Origin: Octopus vulgaris
Lineage: Eukaryota
Direction of reading: 5' to 3'
Length of the DNA stretch: 64,000 bases
Assembly (NCBI GenBank): GCA_951406725.2
Contig: OX597814.1
Location: 65,658,001 to 65,722,000, forward strand
The first letter of the stretch is position 1. Each line of letters opens with the position of its first letter. The position numbers and the translations under genes are program-made. Shown here one piece after another: positions 1 to 13,956 of the stretch. The notes below the pieces were generated by a model. That model was not told the origin of the DNA. It made no database searches and saw only the letters and a program-made list of their open reading frames with translations.

Positions 1-175
1 GCAGGACGAAATGTATAGCGGTATTTCGTACGTCTTCATGTCCTGAGCTCAAATTCGGCCGATATCGACTTGCGTTTCGATAAAATGAGAACCAGTCAAG
101 TACTGGGGCCGATGTTATCAACTAATCCACTCCTACGAACGTGCATGGCCTTGTGCAAAATGTGAAAGCATTACT
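1..175 (+). mobile_element. SINE family B (5' end outside the window)
   Basis: Similar to 30815-30960. Confidence 0.7.
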
Positions 176-262
176 ATTATTATCCTTAAGAGAAACAACT
201 GGACGTATACTCGCACTGTGCACATTATTAACCAGTCTCACGATAATTTTCACTAAAGCATG

Positions 263-341
<79 letters not shown>

Positions 342-379
342 ATATGTATGTATGTATGTATAGATAGATATATAGATAT

Positions 380-446
<67 letters not shown>

Positions 447-459
447 CATAGATAGATAC

Positions 460-553
<94 letters not shown>
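263..553. repeat. Compound microsatellite (TA)n(TATG)n(TAGA)n; one of dozens in the window
   Basis: Direct reading; such tracts explain most low-complexity ORFs in the track. Confidence 0.98.
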
Positions 554-555
<2 letters not shown>

Positions 556-960
556 GGTTGCGGCGCAGATTTCAATTCGATATGTTAGGGTTTTCTATCA
601 TGGTAACGCGTGCTGAAAAAGCTAAGGTGATTTTTTGCGAGTGCAGAAACTGATCCACACGAGTCCTAATACGTCAATGTACGTTAGGAGATTTTATTAA
701 CCTGATCTGCTTTCGGTTGATTTCCGTAGTGTATTTCTGGTGATTTCAATAAGAGTTTTGACTGTTATTTCCAGCAGGTAGGCAGACTTAGTATTCCTTT
801 GATTAATTTTATTCCTTCAGCTATTTAATGCTTTTTCTTGGGCATGAAATCCCCTGTTTTATTGATTCTGTTATTATCATTTTTTTAAATAGTCATACCA
901 GATAATAACAAAATTAATAATATCTTTAGCAAATTAATTTTTCGGGAATTATTTATCGAG

Positions 961-1016
<56 letters not shown>

Positions 1017-1657
1017 TGTGGAAGGAGTCGTCCCTTCTTATAGATACTTGTCCAAGCGTACACCGGTTTAGCTCTATATCAATTAAGGATACTGGAAATT
1101 CCACATGCTTATCGTTGGTTCTTCTCCGATTTTAGTACTTCACACTTTTGAAATTCTAGTTGTCGCTATAGAAATTTCCACCTTTTCGATATAGGAGAAA
1201 ATGTTTTACAGAGTAAGGAAAAGGGAGAATGTGTACTTATAATAATCAATATATTCATTATAATAATAGTCAATTCATGCTGCCTGCGCAAATTTCGGTT
1301 TATTACTTAAATCTATATTTATGCAATTAAATTGCGTTATGATTTTGAGAAAGTAAAAACCTTCATTAGGGAAAAAAATTGACTGATGAATTGTTTTTCT
1401 TTTTCAAATTCATAATGCAATTTATTTGCCTAAATATGGACTTAAGGAATAAACCGAAATGCGCGTAGGCAACATGAATTGACTATTATTATAATAAATA
1501 TTTTAATTATTCTGTATATGCGCTCTCCAATGTCTTTGTATTTTATATATATATATATATATATTCACGCACAGACACACATTCATACATATATCGATAC
1601 ACAAGTATATGGGAGGGGAGAGAGAGAGAAATATAGAAAGAAAGAAAGAAAGTAAGT

Positions 1658-1693
<36 letters not shown>

Positions 1694-1721
1694 GATTATA
1701 ATAATGAAGTCATTTACTCAC

Positions 1722-2137
1722 CAGCCTGGCAATTTAGCGTCGCATTTAAGCATCCTGTTTTTCTTTTACGTGATCTACCTTTTGGCTGTATTGGCAGAAC
1801 CACTCCAGTATAGTTAGATGGGACATGGCCCCTTTCAAGTCCAGCTACCAGAGGTCTGACATCACATAAACTTTCGTTATGGCCTCCTGATTCATCTGTT
1901 CTCTGCTCCCTCAATGGTACATATTCCCTGCATCCTTCCTGAAATAAGAGTTCATAATCTGTCCGACAGTAAACCAGATCGCCTTTCATGCCGAAATGGT
2001 CCCCCTTGGTCAATGGCCTGTTACAGCCTTCACACACAAAACAGCCTAGATGGTACACTAGGTCTCGCACCCTCATGACAAGTTCTTGTGCAGAAATACC
2101 CGTGTTGCATCGAGCACACTGACGAATTGCGTACCTC
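1722..2137 (-). CDS. Lhx2/9: Exon encoding LIM domain 2 and linker of an Lhx2/Lhx9 (apterous) LIM-homeodomain factor
   Basis: Translation RYAIRQCARCNTGISAQELVMRVRDLVYHLGCFVCEGCNRPLTKGDHFGMKGDLVYCRTDY...KGRSRKRK matches the LHX2/9 LIM2 pattern. Acceptor ttcttttccag at 2138-2148 and donor gtgagt at 1716-1721 (minus). Length 416 nt; phase fits the LIM1 exon. Confidence 0.95.
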
Positions 2138-2669
2138 CTGGAAAAGAACAATATTGTTGTATAAGCCTTTAAACTTTTGGGCATCGCAATATAATTCAAC
2201 TTGTTAATATCAGACATATGTTGCTTTTACTATTTTTGTTGGTTGCACTTAGTCGTGAAATCAAACTCAGTGCCTTTTGAGAGAGGTTAAGCAGAAATTG
2301 TCAGAATTCCATCCTATATATGTGTGAGTATGGAGCGTTTATGTGTATATGTATGTGAGTGTGTGTTTGTGTGTGCATGTCTTTATATTTACTTTTGACT
2401 AAGGCACCATTTGAAACAAAACCGTATGTTCTGTTTGAAAATTAGTACTCAGGCTAATATATACATGTGTACATATATGTGTGTTTGTGAGTGTGTATAT
2501 GGAAATGGTGGTAGAGGGGGATTGTATCTGCAGTACACATAATGTCACTTCTCTTCTGCCTGAGGATTAAGGTTACAATTCTGACGAATGGTCAGTTACA
2601 CGTTAATTCAGAATCAAGTAATTCGGTTGATCGTGCAAGTCTATGCTCCTCTCAGAATGACGGAGATAT

Positions 2670-2710
<41 letters not shown>

Positions 2711-3172
2711 CGCACACACACACAATCACACACACACATGCACATACACACACATGCACACACACCTACACACACACACACACAAACAAAAACACAGAAA
2801 CGCTCGTGCGCTACACTACATACATGTCACTATTCTGACTGTGCAATTAAAATTCATTTGCTAAGTAAATGTTATTATCCATTGACTATTACTAGCCGAG
2901 GTATCTAGTGTTCCCCTAGTGCCGAATATATAGACTTTTGTGCTTTTAAACCCAAAAGACTTATATACTTCTTTCTCTATGCAATATTTTCATATCATTT
3001 TTTATTGTAATTCACTACGTGTTTAAAGCTGATCTTCATCCCCAGGCTTCATTCGGTAGAAGCAAATAAAAAGCAGATAAATGTTAAACACGCCCCAAAT
3101 GCTAAAATTTGGATCAGACCTATCTTCTTTCACTATGCTGCTGCATGAAATTTGGTCATTTGAATGCATGAG

Positions 3173-3254
<82 letters not shown>

Positions 3255-3329
3255 ATAAATACAAAGAACAACAAAAAGAACAATACAGGAAGAACACTGA
3301 CAAATGAATTATTAGCTTAACACTTTTAC

Positions 3330-4400
3330 GGAAAGAGGAAGTGTCTTAGGGTTTCCGATTTTAGTTGATCATCAACAGAGAGATCTGTTGAGACAGTGAG
3401 AAAGGGAAATCGTGAAAAATTAGGCGAAGATTGAGAAAGCACCTAGGAATACTATACTAGGAGTGCGTTAAGAAGCAGGAAGTGGTGGGTATGTAGATGC
3501 CAACGTATGAGTGTATTAGTTGTATAAATATGGGGCACTCTGTGTATAGAGGTTTGCAAATATGGGAATATACTGGTACTGGTTACAGTGGAAGTGTGCT
3601 GATGAGAATGTGAGAATGTGCATTTGCATGTGTGTATGTAATATTTTGATGGGTAGCGTGAATACGTGCATATAAGGAGAAGAAAGCAGGTGTGAGTGCG
3701 AAGGAAAATGTTAGTTAATCGGATGGGATGGTAAAGCTATATTTTATTGATGTGTGTACAAGTGAATAACAAATTTATATGTATATTGAGAGAAAACGTT
3801 TTGTAACGAAAAGGAAGGGTTTAAAATATGATTTGAAAATAGAAAAAGCATGTAGGAATTCTGAGAAAAATAAAAAAATATAAAGAAAGAAATGGTTAAA
3901 ATTCCCAAGAGCTTGGTAGAGTGTCCAGAGTTTGCAAGATAATGGTAAAACCCACTAAGGAGAACAATCACCTGTAATGAAGAAGCTAGTAAAATCCATG
4001 GAGAAAAATAAATGTAGTGAATAAGTTCAAAGCCAGACTTGACGCTTGTGGAATAAAAATGGCGGTAGGAAGATTTAACTTTTTGAATAGAGTATGTATA
4101 GTAAGTAGAGGAAGCAGCAAGGGAGGAAACGCATGAGCGGGTATCGGTAATCTAAAGTGTCAGTAGCGGTCAAGCAGAGGTGAAAAGTGGAAGGGGGGGG
4201 ATGTGAGTCACAGCTTTTAAGCAATACTGGAAATTTGATGTGTTGAAGTATATGTGCTTTTATGCGTGAGTGTACTATGCATGCGTACGTAAGTGTATTT
4301 GTGTGCCCCTGTAACGGTGTGGGTATGTATCTATAAGTCGAGAGCGGGTGCGCATATATTTGAGTACCAATGATTGTATATACTTGTGCATGCAAAAACT
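3330..4400 (-). mobile_element. Highly decayed retroelement fragments, probably PLE
   Basis: Same purine-rich plus-strand skew as 5100-6400; only weak RT-like peptides. Confidence 0.35.
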
Positions 4401-5099
4401 AGGTGCGTTTGGGCACGTGTATGCCCTTGTTCCTCGGTGTGTGCATGTGAAAACGAGAAAAGCTGTGGGTGAATTGAATACATGTGTGTAGGTCTATGTG
4501 CGTGTGCGAAGATTTATATGCGTCTGCCCGAACAAAGTGTTTGAGTTTGTGCCTGTCAGTATGTGTTGTATGTGTGTATGTGTCAGTATGTGTTGTGTGT
4601 GTGTGCGTGCATATGTGTGTGCATGTGTCAGCAAAACAAGACGTTAGATGAATAGAAATTTATGCATGCGTGTATATACGTGTGTAAATGAAAAGTATTA
4701 ATGCAAGACGGAAAGGTTTTTAAAGGAAGATTTATGTGTTTATGTGAAAAACCAGCTGATGCACCCAGCATTGCTCGTGTTTTCCGTGTTGAAGTTAAGC
4801 CCGCCTCTGACCTTGTATCGTGCCAACTATTACACATTAAGATGTTATATCTGGCTCGGCAGGCTGTTTGCAGGATGGGTAGATGTGTGGCATCAGAGCA
4901 TGCGACGGTGTTTTGTTGACGGAGCGGAGTTCCATAAGGTCTTTTTTTAATTCTATAGATTTTGTTGAAATATTACACGTGAAAAAATGCAAAAGCTGCA
5001 GGAAAAATAACATCGTTATGGGAATTTCCATTCAAACGTCCGATTGAATTCAAGTTTTCGAAAAATTCCGGCCTTATTTACACTTCAAGGCATGTGATC

Positions 5100-6400
5100 T
5101 ACCTATGTGCCAAAAATCATTAAAATCGGTTTGACACTGTGGGAGAAGAGAGTTAGAGTAACCTCAAACACAAACAAACAAACACACACCATTGCACATT
5201 TATGTATATAGATGTAGTAGTAAGTGCTGGAGAGACAATGATGGCGTGTGAGGCGAAGAAGGCTGAATTTAGTGCAGGGGACTGCAAGGAAGAGGGATGG
5301 AGCAAAGTTAAGGTAGAGAAATCGAAAGTTGATACGAGGGAGTTCAAGTGTATGTGGAGGAGTGATAAATTTGGTCCGATGAGCGTGTATGTTTGGTGAA
5401 AGAAAAGGGTGCATCCTATACTGGTTTGCAAGACCAATAGGTGTTATGTGGAGTGGTTATCGCTACCGAATTATCGAGAAACAGAGAACTCGTTGATAAG
5501 TCTGATGTCTTTGAGGTGTTGTGCAAAACTGTCGGATTGTCGTCAGCCGGTTTATCCAATGCTGATAATGTTGCACCCGAAACATTGGGGTGCATATATG
5601 AGGTTTTTAGACTTTCATCGAAATGAGTCCCTTAAGTGGAACGTATAGTGGTTGGGTTTGATGAAAGTGACGATTTTGGAAAGGCAAGTGAAAGTGTGCC
5701 AGCAGTAAAGAATGTAATGCACAGATCTGGGTGGGGCATGGGTGTGAAAAGAGCAGCTGTGGATGACAAATGCACGTAGGTTGCGGGCGAGTTTAAGGAA
5801 GGAATGCGAAGAATGAGGTGTCACATGGTTGTATTCCGGACGCGAGATATGAAAGTTATGACGCGATCGCTGGTTGAGTCATAAGAAACGCAGCTTGCAT
5901 GGATACACTCGTAGAATGAATAAAATCGTCATTTGTTGAGCGTGGTTGCGGATACAGAAGCTGCAGAGTTGCTGGAACTGGAAATAGGAGATGACATGTT
6001 TTATGCAGGTGGTTTTCGCGAAGGAAAAATGTTGGTAGGAGTGGGAGCGAGTGATTTTATAGAAAATATAAATGGAGAATGTAAGGGTGATAAGTTCCTT
6101 TAGGCGAAGGAGAGTGATGCTGGTATCAAGGTTAATGTAGTCTAAGGGATGATGGTTTATATAGAGTTGCCCATGCGAAAAATGAGGGAAAAGGAGTCAG
6201 ACATAAAGAAGATAGGAAGAGATAGCGGGCATAGTTAGTGTTGTGTATGTAGGAGGAAAGTGAAGAAACCGGGGGCGGCGCGAGGTGCGTGTCAAGGTGA
6301 AAGAGTATGAACCTTTTGTGGCAGTTACAGGCATGGCTGATGGAGCTATGGTTGAGTTTATAGTGGAGTTACTGGGTGTCCGGACGAAGAGGTTGGAAGG
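5100..6400 (-). mobile_element. Decayed Penelope-like element (GIY-YIG region recognisable)
   Basis: Minus-strand translation near 5460-5605: NLIYAPQCFGCNIISIG*TG*RQSDSFAQHLKDIR...VSR*F. Ends near a microsatellite block. Confidence 0.65.
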
Positions 6401-6506
6401 TGTAAAACATTATAAATATTATCAATCCGATTTATAAAGCCTAAGTCATACATACATTCACACACACACATACATACATACATAATGTATATATATATAT
6501 ATATAA

Positions 6507-6539
<33 letters not shown>

Positions 6540-6540
6540 T

Positions 6541-6627
<87 letters not shown>

Positions 6628-9389
6628 TGCATAGATTTGCCCCAGCATAGCCACAACCTTAGGCCTGAAACATATAAAAGAATAAAAGAATATTTATGTA
6701 TGTATGTATGTATGTATGTATGTATGTATGTATGTATGTATGTATGTATATATGAGTATGTGTGTATGAAACAAACATTAACAATCCGAATATTTTCTAA
6801 ATTGAATGGTTCAATGTGAACCAAAAACTAAATAAAATGATTGTTTTTCTACCATCTTTCCAACAAGAGATTTTTAAATGATTAGTTTTAATAAGAACAG
6901 TCTTCCAGGAAATACTTTCTAAACATTGACGTTTAAAAGAGTTGAATAAAATCGAGTGAGTGCCTGGTTGTTTATGCGTGAGTACATGCGCGTGCGAGTG
7001 TGTTTCTATGCGTTGTGTGTAACGGAGAGAATGAATGAGAGAAAAGGAGAGAGAGAGAAGTGTTGATTTCGAGAAAGATACAGAAAAATGTTCCTGTGCT
7101 TCACACTAATACTCTTTCTATGCGAATCACTATTACAAATATCAGTTTTTAAAACCACTTTTCTTAAATCCTCCTTCTTTTATTCGAGAGTAAAAACTAC
7201 TCCGGATGTTCACTTCCTACATTATCCTGGAATGATTATGGGAAAGTATGCAAATTTTGAGAAATGGTAACGGTGTTCCAATTCAAACGGATACATCGAC
7301 GTTGAAATCATTTATTGTGATTCCTTACATATGCACAAAGCCAGATATTTAATGGAATGTTTTCTTTCAGGAAATGTACTTTGCTGGTACTTAACCGCTA
7401 GCGTTAATAGTCCTACTGTTTACGAACGAAGAGGTTGAAATTGAAATTTGGTATTTGCGGGATTCTAACCTAGAAAGTAAAGGGCCGTAACTATTGCAGC
7501 ATGACATTTTTGTCTCCTGCTCTACTGATAATCACTTTATTGAAGCATCACAAATATTTGTTTGTTACATAAGCACAATGCCAGACATTATTTTTGCGAG
7601 TGATTGAACAATTAGAAATATTATAGTATGTATTGCCATTTTTTGGTTACAGCCAGTGATAATATGTAACACAATACGAATATTAAAAATCATTCATGAC
7701 TCAGCTTGAAAGTTTTTAAAATGGGGAAAGTCCTGGCACAGGGCCAATCCAACTCTCGATACAATTCTATACATTTGCCCAAAAAGAAGAGGTAGACTAT
7801 ATCATTTGGTACAAACGAAGTTGCCTCCAGTTTCCAAAACTGCTGTAACTTAGATCTACTCTGGAGTGGTTTTCTGAATTACAAGATAGATAGTCCATTT
7901 GATTACTAATCTTTCTACACACCTTTTTTTTTTTTTGAGTGCTAGACATGGCTACATTGCAGCATTTCTTTTATTTTGGTTTCATAAAGAGAAAGGAAAC
8001 AATACTGTAATTCCCCTCTGTCATATAATTATGGTATACATTTTCAGTACGGAAGCCTTTCCATAATACACAAAACTGTTAACTTCACTTAATTACATAT
8101 ATTACTTCCGACCAAATCTTATCGTCATACCATTTGCGTTCTGGTCACTAAAACAGTCCCGCTGCATCTCAGTCTAATCATGTCAATAACAAGATGGTGA
8201 TTAGTGAATATTTTGACAGGAAGTCATATATGATTAAGTATATTTAACAGATTTTGAGTGTATTTGAATGATTACTGTCATCCACGTAGTAAATGCTTAA
8301 GTTTCAACACTCGGTTTCCTATGACATTACTTTCCTAACATGTACATCTCTGACATTTTCTTTAGTGATCGGCTAATTTATAACTTCTTACCTTTAGACA
8401 TCCGGTGTCTAATTTTAGTTTCCTGATTTTGGTTTTTATTCCATTATTTTTCGTTGGCATTATTTTTCAAATTTGTAATATACTTTAAACCTGTGTGGGT
8501 ACATGTAAATCGACAAGAAATAATGCGTTCTAAATTTTCGAGCGATTAAAATTATCGCTAGAGATGAAACAGATTTTTATATTAACGTCCATTATTATGT
8601 TTCTAGCGGTTTCACCTCTGATCATAAAATATCTTATTACTGGATATTTACGTAGTGATGAATTTGATTCTAACTATATATCTCTCTTGCATAATAGATA
8701 AAAGGGTTATATTCTTAGTTTAGAAGTAAAACGCTCCCTACTTGAATCTTGCTTTGTACTATATATATATATTGTAGGTTATCAAAGATTATTCAAAAGA
8801 TAACTGCTATTAAACATCCTCATTTATTTTCTTTCACTCCTGCTGTCCCTTTATAACTGGAAGTTCGACTATAATTAAATTTGTAGCAGTTGGACAACGT
8901 AGAACCTCTAAATATTAGACGGATACAATAGAGTGTTTTGCTCATAATTTCGAGGCAAGCGGTATCAACCACTTGGAGCATTAAAATGCACTCTGATGTC
9001 GAAGTTTGGAACATGCCCCTCCTGGAATGTTCACACATAAATGTTAGTATATCTCTCTCTTTGATGTTCAAGAGAGTAGATACGTAGAGCTTTCAGACGC
9101 TCGCAGTAATTAAAGCTTTTAATCAAAGTTAGTTAACAGGTGATAGTTCTTTATAATCCTTAAATTTCTCCTACAGGACCAAATATGTTTGAAGACCAAA
9201 GCTGTGAGCAGTAAACTGATCTTCTCAGAACTAAGCTTTTGTATAGTGTTATCATAACAATCATTTTTCTTGTCACGAAAGTTCGAAGGATCCATCGTAT
9301 GAAACAATCGTTTTTCTTGTCACGAATGTTCGAAGGACCTATCGTATGAGATGTGTGAATTTAGAGGTAATTTTGGTGATTCGGCAGAT

Positions 9390-9650
9390 GAAATATGCAC
9401 CATAAGTCCTGTAGTTAATTGGCGCTCTGAATCATTGTGTTATCGGATGTGAAATAATGTGATTTGTGTGTATTCCCTGCGTGATGAAGAACTTGAATGC
9501 ATTGAATTTCATATTGTTTTTATCTGCAAATTGATAAATCAGGTTTAGCTTATTATGGAGTGTGACGGTATCTTCTGGAGTTTGGATAGCCATTGATATT
9601 TTTCTGTCACTGGCTGAGTGCACCTGTAAACTTATACTCGAAGAATGACG
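9390..9650 (-). mobile_element. LINE (CR1/L2-like) RT fragment
   Basis: SASDRKISMAIQTPEDTVTLHNKLNLIYQFADKNNMKFNAFKF resembles the YADDTK..LQ.DL..W...N.M.FN..K region. Confidence 0.55.
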
Positions 9651-11270
9651 ATAAGGCGTAATGCTCTTCATCTTTAGTGCTCTGCGGGTTCTATGACCAT
9701 TACTATTTGCCGCAATAAACAAATATATATTAGACAATAGTTATATGACAGTTTCAAATAATCCTTCCATGTTCAAGAATTTCAAAATATATCCTTACCT
9801 GTAAAAAACAGAAATACGAATATTTAAGTATATATGTGCAAGCACATTAAGATAGGGTTTACATTGTAAGGAAATATTTGAAAAATTGTGATAAAGAATC
9901 CTCGTGCATCAAGGGACAAAATACGTATTTTAGTAATTAAATAAATAAAATCTAGAAAACGAAACTAACTACATTTGCAACCGAAAATGCAAAACAAGAA
10001 AATAAATATAGAAGAATATAGTGAATGACCAGCTCATTCCATCATTATGATTAAAACACTTCCATCGAAGTGAGCATAGAAGTAGACTAAATGGCTAAAC
10101 TACTAGAAGAGATTGTAACAGAATAAGAGAGAGGTTATTAAATGAAAACGTACAGCATACATTATCTAAAATTAAGTTGATGGCCTAAACGTCGAGGCAA
10201 AATTGGTAAGTAGAAGTGAGAGAGTGAGAGAGAAATGGAGAAAAGGAAAGAGAAAGAGAGAAATGAAGAAGCCAAAATATCTGTACTACAGTCTATCAGA
10301 ACTTCTCAGTGATCTAACCGCGTTTATTTGATTTCTTTAAATACGCCAAATCCCTCTCGAGTAAGAAAATCAAAGCCTTAGATTGACATTCGAAACAGGG
10401 CTGAACTGAGCGAAGCACAGGCAACAACTGCTTAGCAACAAAATTCAAAATAAAAATACAAACTATTTTTTAAAAAATTCCTCGTAACTCGATGCGCACT
10501 ATTCCAAAATGATGTTCTATCGGATGAATACGACGTTCAGTTGTGCCAAAGGCCAAACAATGGTCGGTTATGCCTCCCTTGTTCATCACTAGCATATTTG
10601 ATTCAATTCAACATTCCATTCTATTATAAAGTGCAAAACTTTAGGGAGGCATCCTAAACTATTTCATGATGATATAGGAAATAATTACCATTTGCGATAG
10701 ACGATAGATTGAGTCGTGAAGCCAAAAACTATCTGTGTAAATGTGTGTGTATGTATACACACATCCATTTATATACCCATACGCAAAGGTAATTCTTAAC
10801 TTCACAAATTAATCAACCATATATCAGATATTCACATGCGCGCACACACACACTCGCATGCATATGCACACATGTAAATACACATGCATATGTACACATG
10901 TGTTTTGTGTACAACTGTGAGTGTCGGTGTCGATGTCGGCGTATGTGTAACTTTGCCTAGTGGTTCGACAAAGAGTTGAATAAAATAAACATCAGGCTTA
11001 AAAGTAAAAAAAAAAGTAGGCTCAATGTAAGCTTTTGAATTATTGAAGTCGTTTTCCAAGATTACAACAATTAAAGTATATATAAAACCAACACACACAC
11101 ACACACACATACGTACATACTCAGACACGTATACAGTCACTCACATCGATATATATAATTCATTTAAAAAGAAAACGGAGAGAAAAGACAAGAAAAAAAC
11201 AACAACAACGCAAGCACGTGGTACATGCAAAGTATTAATAAGATGCTCAGAGAAGGACAGAAAGAGTGGT

Positions 11271-11307
11271 TGTTTTACGTTTCGAGCAAAGCACTTCTTC
11301 GAAAATA
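11271..11307 (-). ncRNA. Degenerate hammerhead-like motif related to 11600-11637
   Basis: Minus strand: UAUUU UCGAAGA aguGC uuu GCuc GAAAC GUA AAACA. The core is non-canonical. Confidence 0.35.
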
Positions 11308-11599
11308 GGAGCCACAATAAAGTCCAAAAGAAAAGGAAGAAGGAGGGAAAAATTGCCAACATTCCACGTGCAGTTACATACACACACTCATACATATATA
11401 CGTAAGAATCGCATGGAAATAAGTAGGTCCAATTCCTCACAGCGACATCCCATACTCTTTCGTAGCATACTCTAATTACATACACAATTACAAATAGGCT
11501 TATATATAAAGGGAAATTTTACGAAAATAAACAAAAAGCGAAGGCAAGTGGTGTACAAACAAACAGATGTATTAGTATAGCGCTCAGGAATAGAAAAAG

Positions 11600-11637
11600 T
11601 CTTTTACGTTTCGAGCCTACGCTCTTCTACAGAAAGA
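11600..11637 (-). ncRNA. Minimal hammerhead-like motif (A6U variant)
   Basis: Minus strand: UCUUU CUGUAGA a GAGC guag GCUC GAAAC GUA / AAAGA. Helix III palindrome ACGU. Confidence 0.55.
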
Positions 11638-11845
11638 TACACAGAAAAAAAACAAAGAGAGAAACAAGGAGAGAAAAAATATGTGTGTAGTAGCTAACGA
11701 TTTATCATGGCAGTGAGTGTGGATAGGTGTTTAAATATTTATATATATATACACACACAAATATGCAAGAGGGTGTGCGTACGCGCACTTGTGGGCCTAT
11801 CTATCTATCTCTCTATCTCTCTATCTATCTCTTACTCTTTTCTTT

Positions 11846-12324
<479 letters not shown>

Positions 12325-12386
12325 GGAAAAACGTCAAGGTGGAAAATGCTAAAATAATTGTTCTTTCAACCTTCTACACACACGCA

Positions 12387-12426
<40 letters not shown>

Positions 12427-12427
12427 T

Positions 12428-12981
12428 ACTCTTTTACCTGTTTCAGTCATTTGACTGCGGCCATGTTGGAGCACCGCGTTTAGTCGAGCAAATCGACCCC
12501 AGGACTTATTCTTTGTAAGCCTAGTACTTATTCTATCGGTCTCTTTTGCAGAACCGCTAGGTTACGGGGACGTAAACACACCAGCATCTGTTCTCAAGCG
12601 ATGTTGGGGAAACAAACATAGACACACAAACATACACACACACACATACATACATATATATATATATATGTTTCCCCAACATCGCTTGACAACAGATGCT
12701 GGTGTGTTTACGTCCCCGTAACCTAGCGGTTCTGCAAAAGAGACCGATAGAATAAGTACTAGGCTTACGAAGAATAAGCCCTGGGATCGATTTGCTCGAC
12801 TAAACGCGGTGCTCCAACATATATACGACGGGCTTCTTTCTGTTTCCGTCTACCAAATCCTCTCACAAGACTTTGGTCGGCCCGGGGCTATAGTAGAAGA
12901 CACTTGCCCAAGGTGCCACGCAGTCGGACTGAACCCGGAACCATGTGGTTGGTAAGCAACCTACTTACTACACAGCTACTC

Positions 12982-12985
<4 letters not shown>
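12428..12985 (-). mobile_element. SINE family A with internal inverted duplication
   Basis: Family A sequence interrupted at its (TA)n by an inverted copy of its own tail. Confidence 0.85.
12463..12820. repeat. Inverted duplication (152-bp arms) inside a SINE
   Basis: 12463-12614 versus 12669-12820, about 4 mismatches; spacer is (CA)n(TA)n. Confidence 0.92.
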
Positions 12986-13045
<60 letters not shown>

Positions 13046-13905
13046 GTGTGTGTGTGTGTGCATATATATGCAAGTATGTTTGTGTGCGAGTCTGCGTGTG
13101 AGTATGTCTATGTGCGCGTGTTTGTGTCTGTATGTGAAGAAGGAAACAAAGAAAAAAAGAGAGTGACAGACAAAAGTTGCACTAAGGTAAACGAAAATGA
13201 AAGAAGGCATACATAACGACAATTGCAGCAACAACAATAGAATAAAAAAAAGCCTTCGCAAAGAGGGTTTTCCTTTGAGGCAGATGTTGAAGAATGTTTT
13301 CGTTTCTCTCATATGGTTTTTCATAGATTTTTATTCCAGTTCTAAAAGCCGGTCTTCTGCCGTAATCTTAACCTTTATCTTCCACCCTTGACTTCATAAC
13401 TTTCATAATCTTACTACAAACCGGCCATTTCCTTTATTTTCAATGTGGAATGTTTCCTTATTTATTTATATATTGCTTTGATTGTTTCTTTTTTTTCTAT
13501 GATGTTTTGTTGTTTTTTGTTAGTGACATTCTTATTTTAAAATATTTTTCTTATGTTTTAAACGTAAAGATAAGATAAAAATAAAAAAACAAGCGAATAT
13601 ATATATGCGTACACGCATACAAGAATATATGCGTGTGTATTTCTGTGTTTATACTAGCGTGTATATACTTATATATATATATATATATATATATACATAC
13701 ATACATAGTACACAGACAGACGCGTGTATGTATTTATTTGAAAGAAAGAATAAGCATACATATTATGCTGTGCATGTGTACGTAAATATATGTACACGCT
13801 CACACACACACACACGCACAAATATATATATACATATATCTATGTTTATACATATATATATATACAAATATATATGTAATCACATATATATATATAAAAT
13901 GCATG

Positions 13906-13956
<51 letters not shown>

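Noticed and set aside
2138-2217. N-terminal part of ORF 1714-2217 (MSDINKLNY...)
   Set aside because: Intronic read-through upstream of the acceptor at 2138
3340-3395. Minus-strand UUGAUGA...GGAAACCCUAAGAC at the end of a decayed element
   Set aside because: No convincing helices or NUH site; at best a dead relic
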